Shown here: piece by piece, positions 37,703-51,006 of the stretch | How positions within the stretch are numbered: position 1 is the stretch's first letter | Layout: every line of letters starts with the position of its first letter | DNA from: Yuukianura sp. NJ FZ-2021 | Lineage: Eukaryota | Direction: 5' to 3' | Length of the DNA: 64,000 nucleotides | Assembly: GCA_046563655.1 (NCBI GenBank) | Contig: CM102284.1 | Location: 3,906,001 to 3,970,000 of the forward strand | Made by a program: the position numbers and the translations under genes | The notes under the pieces: generated by a model | What the model saw: the letters and a program-made list of their open reading frames with translations, nothing else | What the model was told of the DNA's origin: nothing | Databases searched by the model: none

Positions 37703-38570
37703 GTAGCAGGTGAAATGGCCAAATCAATTTGGCCAAAAGTGAATTGGTCAGAGGTGAAAAGACCAGAAGTGAAATGGCCAAAAAGTGGAAATGTCAGAAT
37801 TGAAATGGCCAAAAAGTGAAAAGGCCAAAATCTAAAAACGCCAAAAAGAAAATGGCCAAAAAGTGAAATGACCAAAAAGTGAAAACGCCAAAAAGTGAAA
37901 AGGCCAAAATATGAAAAGGCCAAAATATGAAAAGGCCAAAAAGTGAAAAGACCAGAATTAGGAAAAGAATTACTTTCAGTGGATAACTCGCATTTTGTTT
38001 ATCTTCTATTTTTAATTACAAATATGAACTCCTAACCATGAAAAAAAATATTTTTGAGCCCGCTCTCAAAAATTTCGAATTTTCAGAAAATTATGAAAAA
38101 TGCAATTTTGCTATAAGGTCACACGTTAATTTTTTCTCAAAATAGATCTTAGCTTATATTTTGTTAGATTAGGTTACGTTTTTAACTGCTTAAACAATTT
38201 TGTTATAGCATTTAGTTTAGATTTGGTTAACTTTCAAAAAATGGGATTTGTTTGTTTAGAAAAAGTTAACATGGAGTATTTTACCATTTTCTACATCTTC
38301 TAAAAATTCGAAATATTTTAAGCGGATCGCAAAAAATATATATTTTCGTGGCAGGGGCGGGTTATATTTGTATTTAAAAAAATGCAGAAAACCGAGTTAC
38401 CCACTGAAAGTATTTTTTCCCTAATTATGGTCTTTTCACTTTTTGGCCTTTTCATATTTTGGCCTTTTCACTTTTTGACGTTTTCACTTTTTGGTCATTT
38501 CACTTCTGGCCTTTTCACCTCTGACCATTTCACTTTTGGCCAAATTGTTTTGGCCATTTCACATGGAATC
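37703..38570. mobile_element. Non-autonomous Foldback/Mutator-like DNA transposon with long TIRs built from tandem subrepeats
   Basis: 9-bp TSD AATTCATTC (37694-37702, 38571-38579). Arms of roughly 400 and 290 bp are diverged reverse complements containing GTGAAA(A/T)GGCCAAAAA-type units. Confidence 0.88.
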
Positions 38571-41500
38571 AATTCATTCAAGCTAACCAAGACTTTTTAG
38601 CATATAAAGAAACAAATTTTTTTTACATCTTTCAGGCTTCTAGTTTCGCAAAAGCGAACGTTAAAAACAGAAGTGTAAATGATGCTAGTGTAATAGGAAA
38701 AAAGTTAATTTCAAAAACCAGCTATTTGTTTTGTAAAATTGCAATTTTTAGACCTCAAGCATTAGAAGAAAGAGAACATACGTACGTTGTACAGTTAAAA
38801 AGTTGAAAATTTGCAAGAAAGTGGCAGCTCTATTTATTTTGAATTTGTTCTAGAAAGTGTAATGTTTAGACCAGAGAAAGTTTGAATTGGATTTTTGAGT
38901 AAAAACCACGCATCGCATGACAATTCAAGTTTTTAGAAAACGCTTATCCATGCTTACACGCAATATTTATCCAGGAACTGGGCACATGGGCCCTTCGTCA
39001 TAGTCGTCTCACCTGTCTATTAAGTACCCTCACCGTGTTCGTTTTCAAGACAAGTCCAGGGAGACTTCTAGATTGACAGATGCCTAGGGTAAGTCAACGG
39101 GCCCTTCGACGGAATATTGGGTCCCTTGGACGAAATTGAAAGTTGGCATAGCGGTGGAGAAGGTCTATGATGATTTTCTTAATCGATTTCACAAAGTAGG
39201 CCGAAATCGCTACCGCCTTTGTCATGTCATGTTCGTCTTAAGTGTGAAGTGTGAAGGTAAATAGTAATCAAAGCGGCCTAACATAACAGCTAAGGGCCCC
39301 CTAGCGTGCTTCTTTTGTTTTCGGCGACATGGTAGAAAGTAAAATTTTAAAAATCTAGGTCAACTTTCGAGAATTTTTAAAAACTAAAATGTAGCGTTTT
39401 TTTTCCAGATTGCACAAGTTTTCTGTGTCACTCGATAGTTTATCTTGTGACTTGATTTCAAATCCAGCAGCATCTCTACAGTTGTAACCGATACGCTGAA
39501 AACCGCGATTACGAAAGGAATAACGTCGTTGTCGAGATGATCACTTGGAACGTTACGGCTCAATTCCGGAGCCAGAGAGCCATAAAGCTCAAGCGGGAAG
39601 TCTAAGGGCCCAACCCTTCTTACTTTAAGGGATCTCAATCGAAATGGCCTGTCTCAGATTTATGCTCATGGAGTTTGGCTTTATGTTGACAGGAAGCAGG
39701 ACACACATCTTGGAAATCCTTCCAAAAACAATCCAGATCTTGATGGTCCTTGGCCACAGAGACCGTAATTTGTCGGTGTCCCTTATTACAGAGGAGGGTA
39801 GATCTAAAGTAAACCTAACGTGGAGTTGCAGAATGACATGAGACAGGTAAGGGCCCCCTTGGACATGTCACTCCTTCTGACCCCACAGTATCTTTGGAGG
39901 CGTAAAACATTCTTGAAACAGAAGCCACTTGCTCAGTGGACCCTTAAGTGGTTTTGGACATTTTGCTCCAGAAATGGAACATCAACGGAGTAGTTTTCCA
40001 GTTTTTTGGACGTTTAGAGTAATGAGCAAAAGTGACAAGCCCATTCATTACCGTAACTTCCCAAAAACAAACCGTTTAAAAAGAAATCACATAAAAATAG
40101 AAACAGTTCAACCTAACATTTATATCCTAACTTAAAAAAGCCAAACTAACCTTATTGTTGTTGTTTAAAAAAATAAGCACAACGCCACTTGAAAATGAAT
40201 TTAGACTCAGACTGTCATTTAATTTGGAGGTGAAAGTTTGGCTACTTATCTCCTCGTGAGGAAGACAAACAAGATTTGAAAGCGAAAGGCACTACGCACG
40301 CTTCTGAGACGGCCAAGCGTGTGCTCATAGAAATAGAAAGTTCGTTGCTGCTTCAAATTAAGTCTCCTCTCCCTTACCCCTTTAAAATAATCGTAGTTTC
40401 CTCATTGTAAAAAAATATTCAAAAGTGACTGACATACGGCTGTCTCAGGAGGACTTAAGGGTCTCCAGTGCTCTCCTTCAAAAGAGATGAGTTTAGATGG
40501 TTCTCCAGCCGATGGCCAACTGTCAAGAACATTCAATGATTCAACTTTTTAAAAATGAGTACACTTCATTTTTTAATTCTGCCTAAATTTTTGTGGATTT
40601 TGATTTTTTTTTTTGGAAATCGCATGGAAAGAATTTGAAGTGAAGCTGGAATAAAAATTACCGCAACGTAATTTTTTCTTCTAAAAACTAAGGTTGAAGA
40701 GAAAGTCATGGAAGGATTGCCGCCCACTGCGTTGTATTCTATCTGATGTTTTGTTTTATTGTTAGACTATCTAATCGCATTTGAGGAATTAATAGGTTAG
40801 AAAAACTAAACCTAGTAGGCTAGGAACCCTAACCTAAGACAAACCTAACTTTTTCCTGAATCTGGATTCCTCCCGAATCTTCTTAATGAGCGTATCCCCT
40901 TGATTGTTCCATTGAGAAGATATTAAAGCGAAGTTTAGTGGATTTATTAGCCCAAATGAAAATCGTTGCTGTAGGTAGTGGAGCCCTTAAGTCCTGACCT
41001 ACCATTACGAATTGTGTGTCTCATATTTCAACATCACGCGTCTCTCCACCTACCCCTTCATTACAGCCCCTCCGAAATGGATTATAATAACACATAACTC
41101 TTCTGTTCCTGGAACCCTTAAGTGACCTCCCCCCTCTTCTGAGGTCAAGTAACCTCAATTGAATATTAGGCTAATAACGTAACTAACCTTACCCAGCCTC
41201 TGCTTCCGTGTCTGGCTTCATCCCCTCCAGGAGTGAACTTGCTCCTGGACAGGCAGGGATAAATCAAAGTCTGTTGTCTCAAGTGTCATTACCACCAAAG
41301 CTCCCTCAAACATTAAGCTTTTCCGTATTTTTAACAAACAGAACATGCATTTCCATTTTTCATTCACGTTTTCGAAAAATAAAGTCAGAAACACTTAAAA
41401 CTGTTCTAAACTGTCAAATTATCTCACAATTGTTGAAGTTTTTGACAGTTTGGATATCTATACTTTTTGATGACGTCGAAATTCTGTTGAATTGATTACA

Positions 41501-42147
41501 AAAAACGGCATTGTATTTTGCAACAAACTCACAGCACAGCGGATATGATTGTCCAATGACGTCAAGAAGTTTTAAAGACCACAATCCAGATTGACCTTTT
41601 GCTGCGTTTGACTCCAAACATGACCTAACTAAGCTTACTCATCTAAAATTATTTTAAAAACAGAGTCGGGTAGTTCCACATGAATTTGGTGTTAGTTTTG
41701 GATCATTAACTATTGTAGGGTGTTAGAAACACTAAATTAATACTAAAACACTGTGTTGCAAGAAACGTTGATGTGACTTGTGTTTTAAACGTCAGTAATT
41801 ACATTGTTTAGTGCAAATGAAGCAAATTTTGATTTGTATGTTAAGCGTTTGGATTTTGTGCAATTGTAATAACACCGAACTGAAGATGACGCAACGGCCC
41901 AATATAATGACAGTGGAACTTTAATTGCAATTAAGTTGTTAAATGAGTGATTATCTCACTTTCACTCTTTTGACTTCGATTTATCACCCACCAAAAAGGC
42001 CAGGTTGAAGGACGCCCTATCTAAAAAAATACAATTGATTCCATACTTAACATCAGTCATCTTGTGCCAATTCGCACTGCTTCACCCTCCAGCGTTCGCC
42101 AATCTCCGCAATTTGCAATTCGGATTGAACGAGCAGATCATTCCATA

Positions 42148-45100
42148 ATGTACCTCAAGGTATCACTTCAAATTCCTAAGAATTACACTTGCTTGAAAAA
42201 ATTGTTGTTAAAAAATTTCTCGATTCTTTGAGAAGAAAAATATTTTCACAATTTTTTTCTGTTTGCAGTTATGGAATTGCAGTTTTTTAGTTTTTTTACT
42301 ATTAGTAATTAAGACTGACGCTGGAACAGTTAGGGCCAGTGATTCAAATGGCACAATAACGTTGGAGGACGTACTGGATGGAAAGTACGCAGCCGGAGGC
42401 TTCAATGGAGTATGGATTGATGGTACACATTTTACAAAACAAAAATTGAAACAAAGCTGAATTTTTTCTGGAAACCTTTTTGAAACTGTTTTTGTTTAAA
42501 AGTTTACTTTTGAAATTTTTCTTAGATACTCGAATTGAGTATAGGGATAGTAAGGGGAACATACGCATTAAAGACGTTGGACCAGTTTATTCTGACGAAG
42601 AAGTGCTTTCTGCTTCCACTTTTGCCGCTTATGAAGTTAGCATTAAAACGACCTTAAAGTTCTGTTTGAAATTTTCAAACATCCAAACTTATTTTTCAAA
42701 TTTTTTCAGGGGGGCATGAGCTTTAGTTATTCCCCAGATCGGGATTATGTCATTGTCAAACACAATGTTAAGCCGGTACTCACTTAACACCTTGAAATCA
42801 ACGAAACAATGGGGGAAGTTTGGTTATCTTGATAATTGTAATCTAAACTTTGTTTTGCAGAACTGGAGATACTCGACCTACGCAGACTACGCTATCTACA
42901 CCATCAGTACCGGGTACATTGTTCCCCAATTTTTCTAACCTAAACCTTTGCTTTTGAACATTTTAAAAAATGACACAATTATTTATGTTCCAGGACTTTC
43001 GAAGATTTGCAGCCTGTGCCCAGCCCGACTGAGCAGATCGCTCTGTTCCAGTGGGATGCATCTGGAAATGGATTCGCAGTTGTTTATGAAACCAACATTT
43101 ACTACAGATCATCCGCCGACGCTGGAACCCCTTGGAAAGAGGTGACAACAAGCGGAGTGAATCCTCCAAACAGTGTCATTTCCAATGGCCTTGCCGACTG
43201 GGTTTATGAAGGTCGGGAATTCAAAATTATGAACAGACTTGAATTTTTGGGAAATTTTTCCAAAAATTGAACTCTCTTTTTAGAGGAGATGCTGGGGAGT
43301 TCCAGTGCAATGTGGTTCGGAATTGACCCGAACAAGTTGGCCTACATTCAGTTTGACGACACTAATGTAAAGGATTTCAGTTTTACAAAGTACGGTGAAC
43401 CTGGAGCAGACACTATTTACCCCGAACAGGTCCAATTTAAGTACCCTAAAGCGGGTGAAACTAACCCCGCGGTTTCACTGCGTGTTGTGCCTGACCTCGC
43501 CCAAGCAGTTGCTGACGACTTCCTAACCTTCGTGTTTCCAGAGTTGGCTGGTGTTGAGTAATACTCACAAAATAATTGTACAGAATTACACAATTTCTAC
43601 GCAAATATGAAACTATTTTTTTTTTCGATTTCTAGAACCTTAATAGGCACCGTCAAGTGGTTAACGTCAGAGACGTTTTTGGTGATTCATTTCAACCGAG
43701 TTCAATCGCATTCGTACTACTACGTTTGCATTATCCCAGCAACAGGAGCACCACAGGACCCTTGTCGCTTGGCCCATGAAGACGTATCAACAGCTTGGAT
43801 TGACCTGTACATTCCACGTGTGTCAACGTCAGGCCAATACTTGATGTCAGTAGCTCCGGTTGAAGTGGCTGCTGGACAGACGTACAAACAAATTGTCCAA
43901 ATTGACCTACAGGATGCTAACCCCGTCACCAGAGTTAAGCACATCACCAAGGAACGCTTTGCAGTGGGCTCAATACTTGGTTGGGACGAGACTGGAAATA
44001 AAGTGTAAGACACGAATTTACTACAAAAACTAAAAATTAGGAAAAATTTGAATTCATGTTTGACTGATTTTCATTTAGGTATTTTTCTGCAACCGGTTTG
44101 GAGTATGACGAAAATGGACAAGCCAGACCAACCCCAAGCTCCACCCACATCTACTCTGTGAGCATAACGGGAAACAGCGAGCCTGAAACTGCAGTGCGTC
44201 TCACCAGAGGATTGAAAAATTCGGATAATGTGATCTGCAAAGCAAACCGAGCGTCATTCAGTACAGGTCTTTCAAATTGGATTCATACATGCTCTGGGCC
44301 GGGCATTCCGGAGGTCGCGATCCGAAGAAACGATCAGGTTATTTTCAAAATTATTTTGGATGACATATTTTATATTAAAATGAATAAAATAATAATTACG
44401 GTATAATTTTTTATGCAGAGCCGGACACATGTAGAAACTGTTCAAGACAATGCCAACCTGCGGACAATGTTACGGGATATTGATTTGCCAAAACAATTGC
44501 ACTATTCCATCCCCATTCCTAATACAAACTTTGCCATCAACGTTAGACTGTTTGTTCCAGTTGATTTCAATGAAAATTCGGGAATCAAGTACCCCCTCCT
44601 CATCGACGTGTAAGTCACCCCGAAAAAAGCCTATAATTAATTTTTCAAAATTTAAAAAAATTTCGGTTTTGTGACATATATTCATACCTGCAGATATGGT
44701 GGACCGGGTTCGCAGGCGATTAGTGATTCATTTAGGATTGACTGGGGTACATCTCTTGTCACGGACAAGAGAGTTATTTACGGGATAATCGATGGACGGG
44801 GGTCAGCAGGTCAGACACAGGAACTGATGAACTCAATCTACAAAAGACTCGGAACTTATGAAGTTGATGACCAGATTTACGCAGTCAAGTAATTTACGCT
44901 TAAGATAACTCAAAATTTAGTATAAAAGTTTAAAAATTTTGACCTTTGACCTGTTTTGAAAATGTTCTAAGGTGGTTGCTTGACAATTACTATTACATTG
45001 ATGCCAACCATACGGGTATCTGGGGATGGTCATACGGAGGATTTGCCACTGCCATGACCCTTGCATTTGACATTGAGGACGTTTTCAAATGCGGCATTTC

Positions 45101-45647
45101 CGTAGCTCCGGTCACAAGCTATCGATATTATGGTACGTTCCAAATTTTTTGAAATTTCAAAAAAAATTAAAAAATTTGAATTGAATAATTTTTGCAGATA
45201 CGATCTACACTGAACGCTACATGCTTCGCCCACAAGACAATCCAGATGGATACCTAAGAGCGCAAATGACAATGAGAGCCGAAGGATTCCGCGACAAAGA
45301 TTTCTTGCTCGTCCATGGCAACGCCGATGACAACGTCCACTACCAAAATTCCATGATTCTCGCCAGAGCTCTGGAATTGGCAGACGTCCCCTTTGATCAA
45401 ATGGTTAACACTTTTCAAAATTGACAAAGTTTTCGGAGATTTTGAAAGAATTTTTGATTTTCAGAGTTATCCAGAAGAAAACCATGGTATCGGAACACCG
45501 CAGCGTCACTTGTACCACGCCTTTGAGCGATTCCTGTTCCGCAGTTGCTTGAAACAGGAAGTTCCTCAAGTACAGAGCAGCAGCGGAGCCTTGGGTGCTT
45601 GGATCAGTCTGACACTCTTGTCCCTCTTGGCTATTTGGTTCATCTAA
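42148..45647 (+). CDS. Dipeptidyl peptidase 4 family (S9B) serine peptidase, multi-exon
   Basis: WRYS, NGLADWVYE|EE, KYPKAGETNP, YGGPGS, IDGRGS, catalytic GWSYGG, HGNADDNVH and ENHGI. Start inferred as MYLK|LWNCSF via GT-AG splicing. Confidence 0.93.
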
Positions 45648-47786
45648 CCTGGTGGTGGATCGCAGACACCCTCCAGGACCACCTTCGGAGGACCTGTAGC
45701 CTCCGAATGTAATTGATTGTGATACAAATACCACAAACAGTCCACAATTGTACAAGTTCAAACCAAATAAAATCTTAAAAAGTTCCCTCCCGCAAAGATT
45801 CCTTGGATCCTATCTGTTCACCCAAAGCATCTCCGACGTTTTTCCCAAAACACAAAACGAGATCCATCAATTTCCAGAAAAAAAGTTGTTGATTAGACCA
45901 AAGAAGCTAGAGAGTGCCGAAGTTCTGGTAGAGGAAGCCGTAGGTGCCTTGATTATATATTTTAATCCGGTGCAGAAGGTGATTAAAGGATTCTTGAGCC
46001 TTAAGGGTCTCTCTGTCTCTCCAAGGGCTCCCGTCTTCAGGATGATGTGGAGAGACCGAGTGAGTGATGAAATCATGTCAAGATCCAGGAGATTCAAGAA
46101 TTTATAAATAGGAAATCGAACTTTCATCTTTCCACAAAAAAGAGAGGGACTTTGAAGGGCCCCCTTGATAGGGACTTGGATAGTGGAAAGTGGTTCATAA
46201 AATAAAGGAGAACGAAAAAGCGGCTAACCCTTTTTCCAAGAAATTGAACATGGACATCAAAATCACCTTAGGAAACCTAACTTTTTTCAGTTTTTTGTTT
46301 CAGTTTTTTTGGAAAATTATTCAAAAAGAAAAGGGAAATAAAAATTGAATGTTGTTTAATTTTTTTTTGGAGTAAAAACTAATTTTTTGTGAGCAGAAGC
46401 AACCCTTTGGGTTCTTGTTCAATTTCCGTAAAAACAAAAAGGAAAGTTCTCATTAAAAGTGGAATAACTTTGGATCTCACGCTGTTTGAACCATGAATTT
46501 TTAAATTTTTTGAATTTAAAAAAAATTGAATTTTTAGACAACCGAAACAACCTGGATTCAGTTATTAATGGAAGGAGAGCAATACTTTCTTCTCCTCCTA
46601 GAAAAAATAGTCTTCGTATCAAGCTTGCTTTTGTTCTTGTATTTCATTTTCGAAAATTTCTTGTTTCTTTATAAAAAAATGTTTATTCTTTTTTTTAATA
46701 AAAATTTTGAAAATTTTTATTACCCAAGAACGTTTTCTTCGTATTTCACTTTGATTGGGCTAACGGTTTGTGAAGGTGAGTCAGAATTTGGATTAATTGT
46801 TAATTTGGTTTAACACTTTAGTTGACCATGATAATCGGTAAGTGTGACCTCACTAGAATAACCGCCGCCTTCCTTAACTTTTAATTTTTGTGTTTTTCTG
46901 CTATGGGTGGGTAGGTGTGACTGAATGGAAAGTGGAGTAGTTTTGTTGATGACCTTTTGAGTGTGTAACGGGAGTTTTGACGTTGATGAGCATCATTTTA
47001 TGATCATTTTTATGACCACATCCACTTCCCACTGATCAATCAAAGGACCAAGGGCTCGTTAATGCTCGGAAACAGCGGAAACCGATTCAAAAGTCCAAGT
47101 GAGATTCAGGGAAGATTAGGTTCAAGGAACTTCACGCTGAGCACCGCTCTCACACTTATGCCATGCTACGAGAGCGTCACTTCTCGCCTCATTTACGAGA
47201 GAGGTCACTTAATCTGAGGATCAATGAGAATTATAAGGACAGATTAAAGGTTAGGTTAGGTTAGTTAGGCTTAAGTCCACTGCTGTAGGTAAGTCCATTT
47301 TACTCTAATTGTACACACCACCTTACCAAATCAACCACACTATCTTACATCTCCCGAATTGTCTTTCTTTGAAACGGTAAAAAGAAACCGATTCCGAGAA
47401 TAGTTGTTTAAAACCTAATCCAATTAAAAAGTTATGTTGCTCATTTTCGAAAAACGGGGGTTTAACTTTTGGAATTTGAATTTTAAAACGGAACAACCTC
47501 GAAAAACCAGGTTGGTTTCCGAGAAAAACGGATTAAGTGGTTGCGTTTTTAGAATTTGCAATTTAATGGTATGCTTTCAACTCCAATTGGATTTGAATTA
47601 ACTCAAGGTCAATTTTTCAAAGCTATTAACCTCGGCAAGTTATGATGAATTTCAGATGTCATGCTGTTAAATACGGTCATAAAGTTGGAAAACGAACATA
47701 TAAATCTAGAAACTCTTGCACACGCTGGTTCGCAAACAGATCTATCTAGACTGCAGAATTTTCAGATTAAGTCTCCCGGGTTTACG

Positions 47787-48322
47787 ATGGATCCGATTTT
47801 TAGTTTCCGCGTTCTGGCGCTTTTAGTTGTCTGTATTCACCTGAGCTCTGGGCAACCACAAGATCCGAACGCAGGAGGCAGCACTACGCCCGCAGCACAA
47901 CCTGGTGCCACTCCGACTAGCGACTCGCCAACCCACGGAACAACAACCTCCGGCACAACTGCTGCTGCTGCTGCTCCAACCACTGCGCCCTCTGTAATGT
48001 CACCAACGACGGCTGCTCCAGGTCAAGCAACAACGGCATCACCAAATCAACCCTCCACACAGCCACCCTCCAACCCCGGGAATTCCCCACCATTCAACTT
48101 CCAAATTCCTTACCCCGGATCAGGAAATCAAAACCAACCACAGCAACGTAAAACTCATTTTCTTGCCCAATTAAAATTTCAAAATCTAGAACTCATTTTT
48201 AAAATTTCTAAAAAATTGAATTCACAGAAGCTACTTTAAGGTTCATCCCTCTGGGGGCATTACTTCTCAGCAAATTCGCAGCAATGCAACAGCAACAACA
48301 ACAGGCGCAACAACAGGGTTGA
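47787..48322 (+). CDS. Small secreted Thr/Pro/Ala/Gln-rich protein (exons 47787-48147, 48228-48322)
   Basis: Signal peptide MDPIFSFRVLALLVVCIHLSSG, mucin-like body, in-frame second exon ending poly-Q-G-stop. TATA-like sequence near 47698. Confidence 0.65.
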
Positions 48323-48790
48323 CAATCCAATAGCATTTTATGAACTTGAAATTTATTCCACGCTGCAATTTAAATTGTATAACTATGAATTTAATGAATT
48401 CACAATTTAGAAAAATACTTAAAAATTCATGCAAACTGCACAAATCGCTAAGCATTTACAAAATGGAATAGAAAAGAAATTGTTTAAGTGCTGCTGCTGT
48501 CATGACAACTGAAAAATTAGGAACTTATTGAAACCGAGTATCGTTATAACTTCTTTTCGTCGGCCACTTTTGATCAGTTGCGTTTCCAGTAAACTCAGAC
48601 CCGCGCCAAGTGCTTGCTCACAGCAGAAATTCATTTAGTGCGCCTTTAGTAGTATTTTTAGCTTTATTTGGTAAGTCACTCTCTTCATAGTGCTGACTTT
48701 TTACTTCTCGGTGTCAGAGTTCAGTGGGCGATGCCTTAAATAGTTTTGGTTGCAGTTTTTGGAATTATAGGAACCAAAGGAATTGCGGAC

Positions 48791-50763
48791 ATGTCAAGGT
48801 CATCGTACACAGACGGGGACGATGACACGGAGAACGAAGTGGATGACGGAAATTGCCGGATCTTGCGTGGCCCTAAGTCACCGGCCGACTACATGGCCAT
48901 GCTGGAGTGTCCAGTGTGCTACGAACTGCTTCTTCCGCCAATCTACCCCTGTATTCATGGTCATAACATTTGTAAAAGATGCAGAGAGCGTGTCACTGGC
49001 TGTCCAATATGTCGCTCCGACATGTCGGAGTGTCGTAACATTTTCTTGGAAAATCTTCTCGACTACTGTTGGGTAAGTTATCGTACAACTGCATTCTTCT
49101 TTCTTTTCATTTACAGAACTGAAAATTTTGGTCCAAAATTTTAGTTTTTTAACAAAATTTTAACTTAGCTGTCCTGTAAGTACAACCCGATGGGTTGCAA
49201 GAATCACTATCATGGAGGTGACATGCTGGGTCACGAAGCGGAGTGTGATTATCGGTAAGGAGATTACAAAAATTCAACGTTTTTCCATTATTCAGTTTTT
49301 CAAAAACTTTTCTTTTGTTGAATTTCAAAATTTTGAAATTGTTTGCAGTCCAATTTTCTGCTTGTGGTGCAATCATCTTGTACGGTATGACGAGTATCTC
49401 CAGCACTTGAACAAGGAGAAGCAAGTTCAGATTGTGGGTGAAGCTGGATATCGTTCTGCGTTTGACATGGACGAGGATTCGCTGGAGAGAGGTCAGAGAA
49501 ACATAATTTCAATGATTTCGAAATTTTGGTTTTCAATTTCAAAATTTTGAAATCTGAATCGTTATTAGCTTGTCATCACATTTGGCACTCTGCCTGGTTG
49601 AAGTACTGCGACAACGACTTTTTCCTGCACATGGACAGCGATGGCAAAGTTTGGTGGATCTTTTTGTCTGTATTTGGACCAAAAGAAATCGCCAAAGACT
49701 GGAACTGCGAACTTATCGTCTTCAATGCGGAAAAGGTTAAAAAAGAACGGTTTAAAAAACTTTGTGTACAAGAAAAAACACGAGAATTTTGAAATTTTAG
49801 AACGTATCAGTCAGTTACAATGGTCCAGTGAACCCGTTTCGAAACCACGGAAGTGACGCTGAGAAACTTGGCTACTGTTTGTCCCTAACCCGCAGCACAG
49901 TCAAGTTCTTCGTTCGCTCAGCCTCTCTCGAAGTTGCAGTCAAAATTTTTCGAGGCGGCTCCACTGCGCTGGAACGACAAAGTCCACTACCAGCTAGAGG
50001 CGGAATGTGCCTGTCTTCAGGCGGATCTCATGCAGAACCGCAGGTCACTAACAATAATCAGCAGCCTGGGAGCCCCAGTGACGTCGTTTACCAAAACGTG
50101 GCCATCCCCATGTTTGCTGTTGTGTCACACGTATCTTCGGACAGCTCACCGAACTCAAGTGACAGTCAAGATCACGGATCAAGTTCTGGAGACTCCACAA
50201 ATACTAGTCCGGAGCAGCCACGTACTAACAATGCAATTGGTAATCACACTGCAGCAGGGTCTCAGACTGACGACGACGTTCGTGGCAGTCGTCGTGACTC
50301 CATGGGGTACATCATCGGTGAGCGACTCAGCAGTTTCACACGGAGTCCCAGCGATCCTGCAGGTCGTGACCATGTTGGGAGTCCGCCAGAGGTCAACTTC
50401 TACAATTCCCAAATGCCATATCCGGTAGTGTCGATTCCACGAATCGAACCAGGTCCACGCAGCATTTTACCTCGACCAGCACGGTTCGATCGAATCATCA
50501 GTGGAGTCGTCCTTGATCATCAATACGGTTCAACTAACTTCCCACCCAATCAGGTTCTGAATCCACGTCTGGAAGGACCTCCGTCGGTAGATGCTCGTTA
50601 CAACACACCACCACCACGCATGCCATTGCGCTTTCCAGCGCCAATTCAATTCCCTAATCCACCACAGAATCCGCGTCATCGTTTCCCGCCACCTCCATCT
50701 CCGGGACAACAAAATCTTCGGCCATTTTCGCCGTCAAACGCACCGTTACCGCAAGGTGGATGA
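48791..50763 (+). CDS. Siah/Sina-like RING E3 ubiquitin ligase with a long Ser/Pro-rich C-terminal extension
   Basis: LECPVCYELLLPPIYPCIHGHNICKRCRERVTGCPICR...RNIFLE, then C-KY-xxx-GC...H...C zinc finger and a beta-rich SINA-like region. Confidence 0.8.
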
Positions 50764-51006
50764 CTCGTGGGGCCACGGTCACCGTGACCAGGAGTTGGAA
50801 CGGTGCTTTGCATTTGCAACTTACAAAAAATGTTTACTTTAGGGTTTTCGTCATTTCCATGTGACAACACGTGAAATGAACTACTGAGAATATTGTTCAA
50901 GTAAAATACTAACATGTAAATTAAAAATTGAAATAAATATTACATTAAAATAGTACAAATTTTGGAGTGTTCACGGTTTTATTATTACTATTTTTGTTTC
51001 TGAATC

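Noticed and set aside
37690-38600. Phe-rich ORFs 37690-37923 and 38382-38600, and a CRISPR-like look of the short repeats
   Set aside because: They are translations of transposon TIR subrepeats. The units are tandem with no unique spacers, and the context is eukaryotic with no cas genes.
47661-47786. Upstream ATG of ORF 47661-48239
   Set aside because: A TATA-like element lies inside this stretch and the signal peptide begins at Met 47787.
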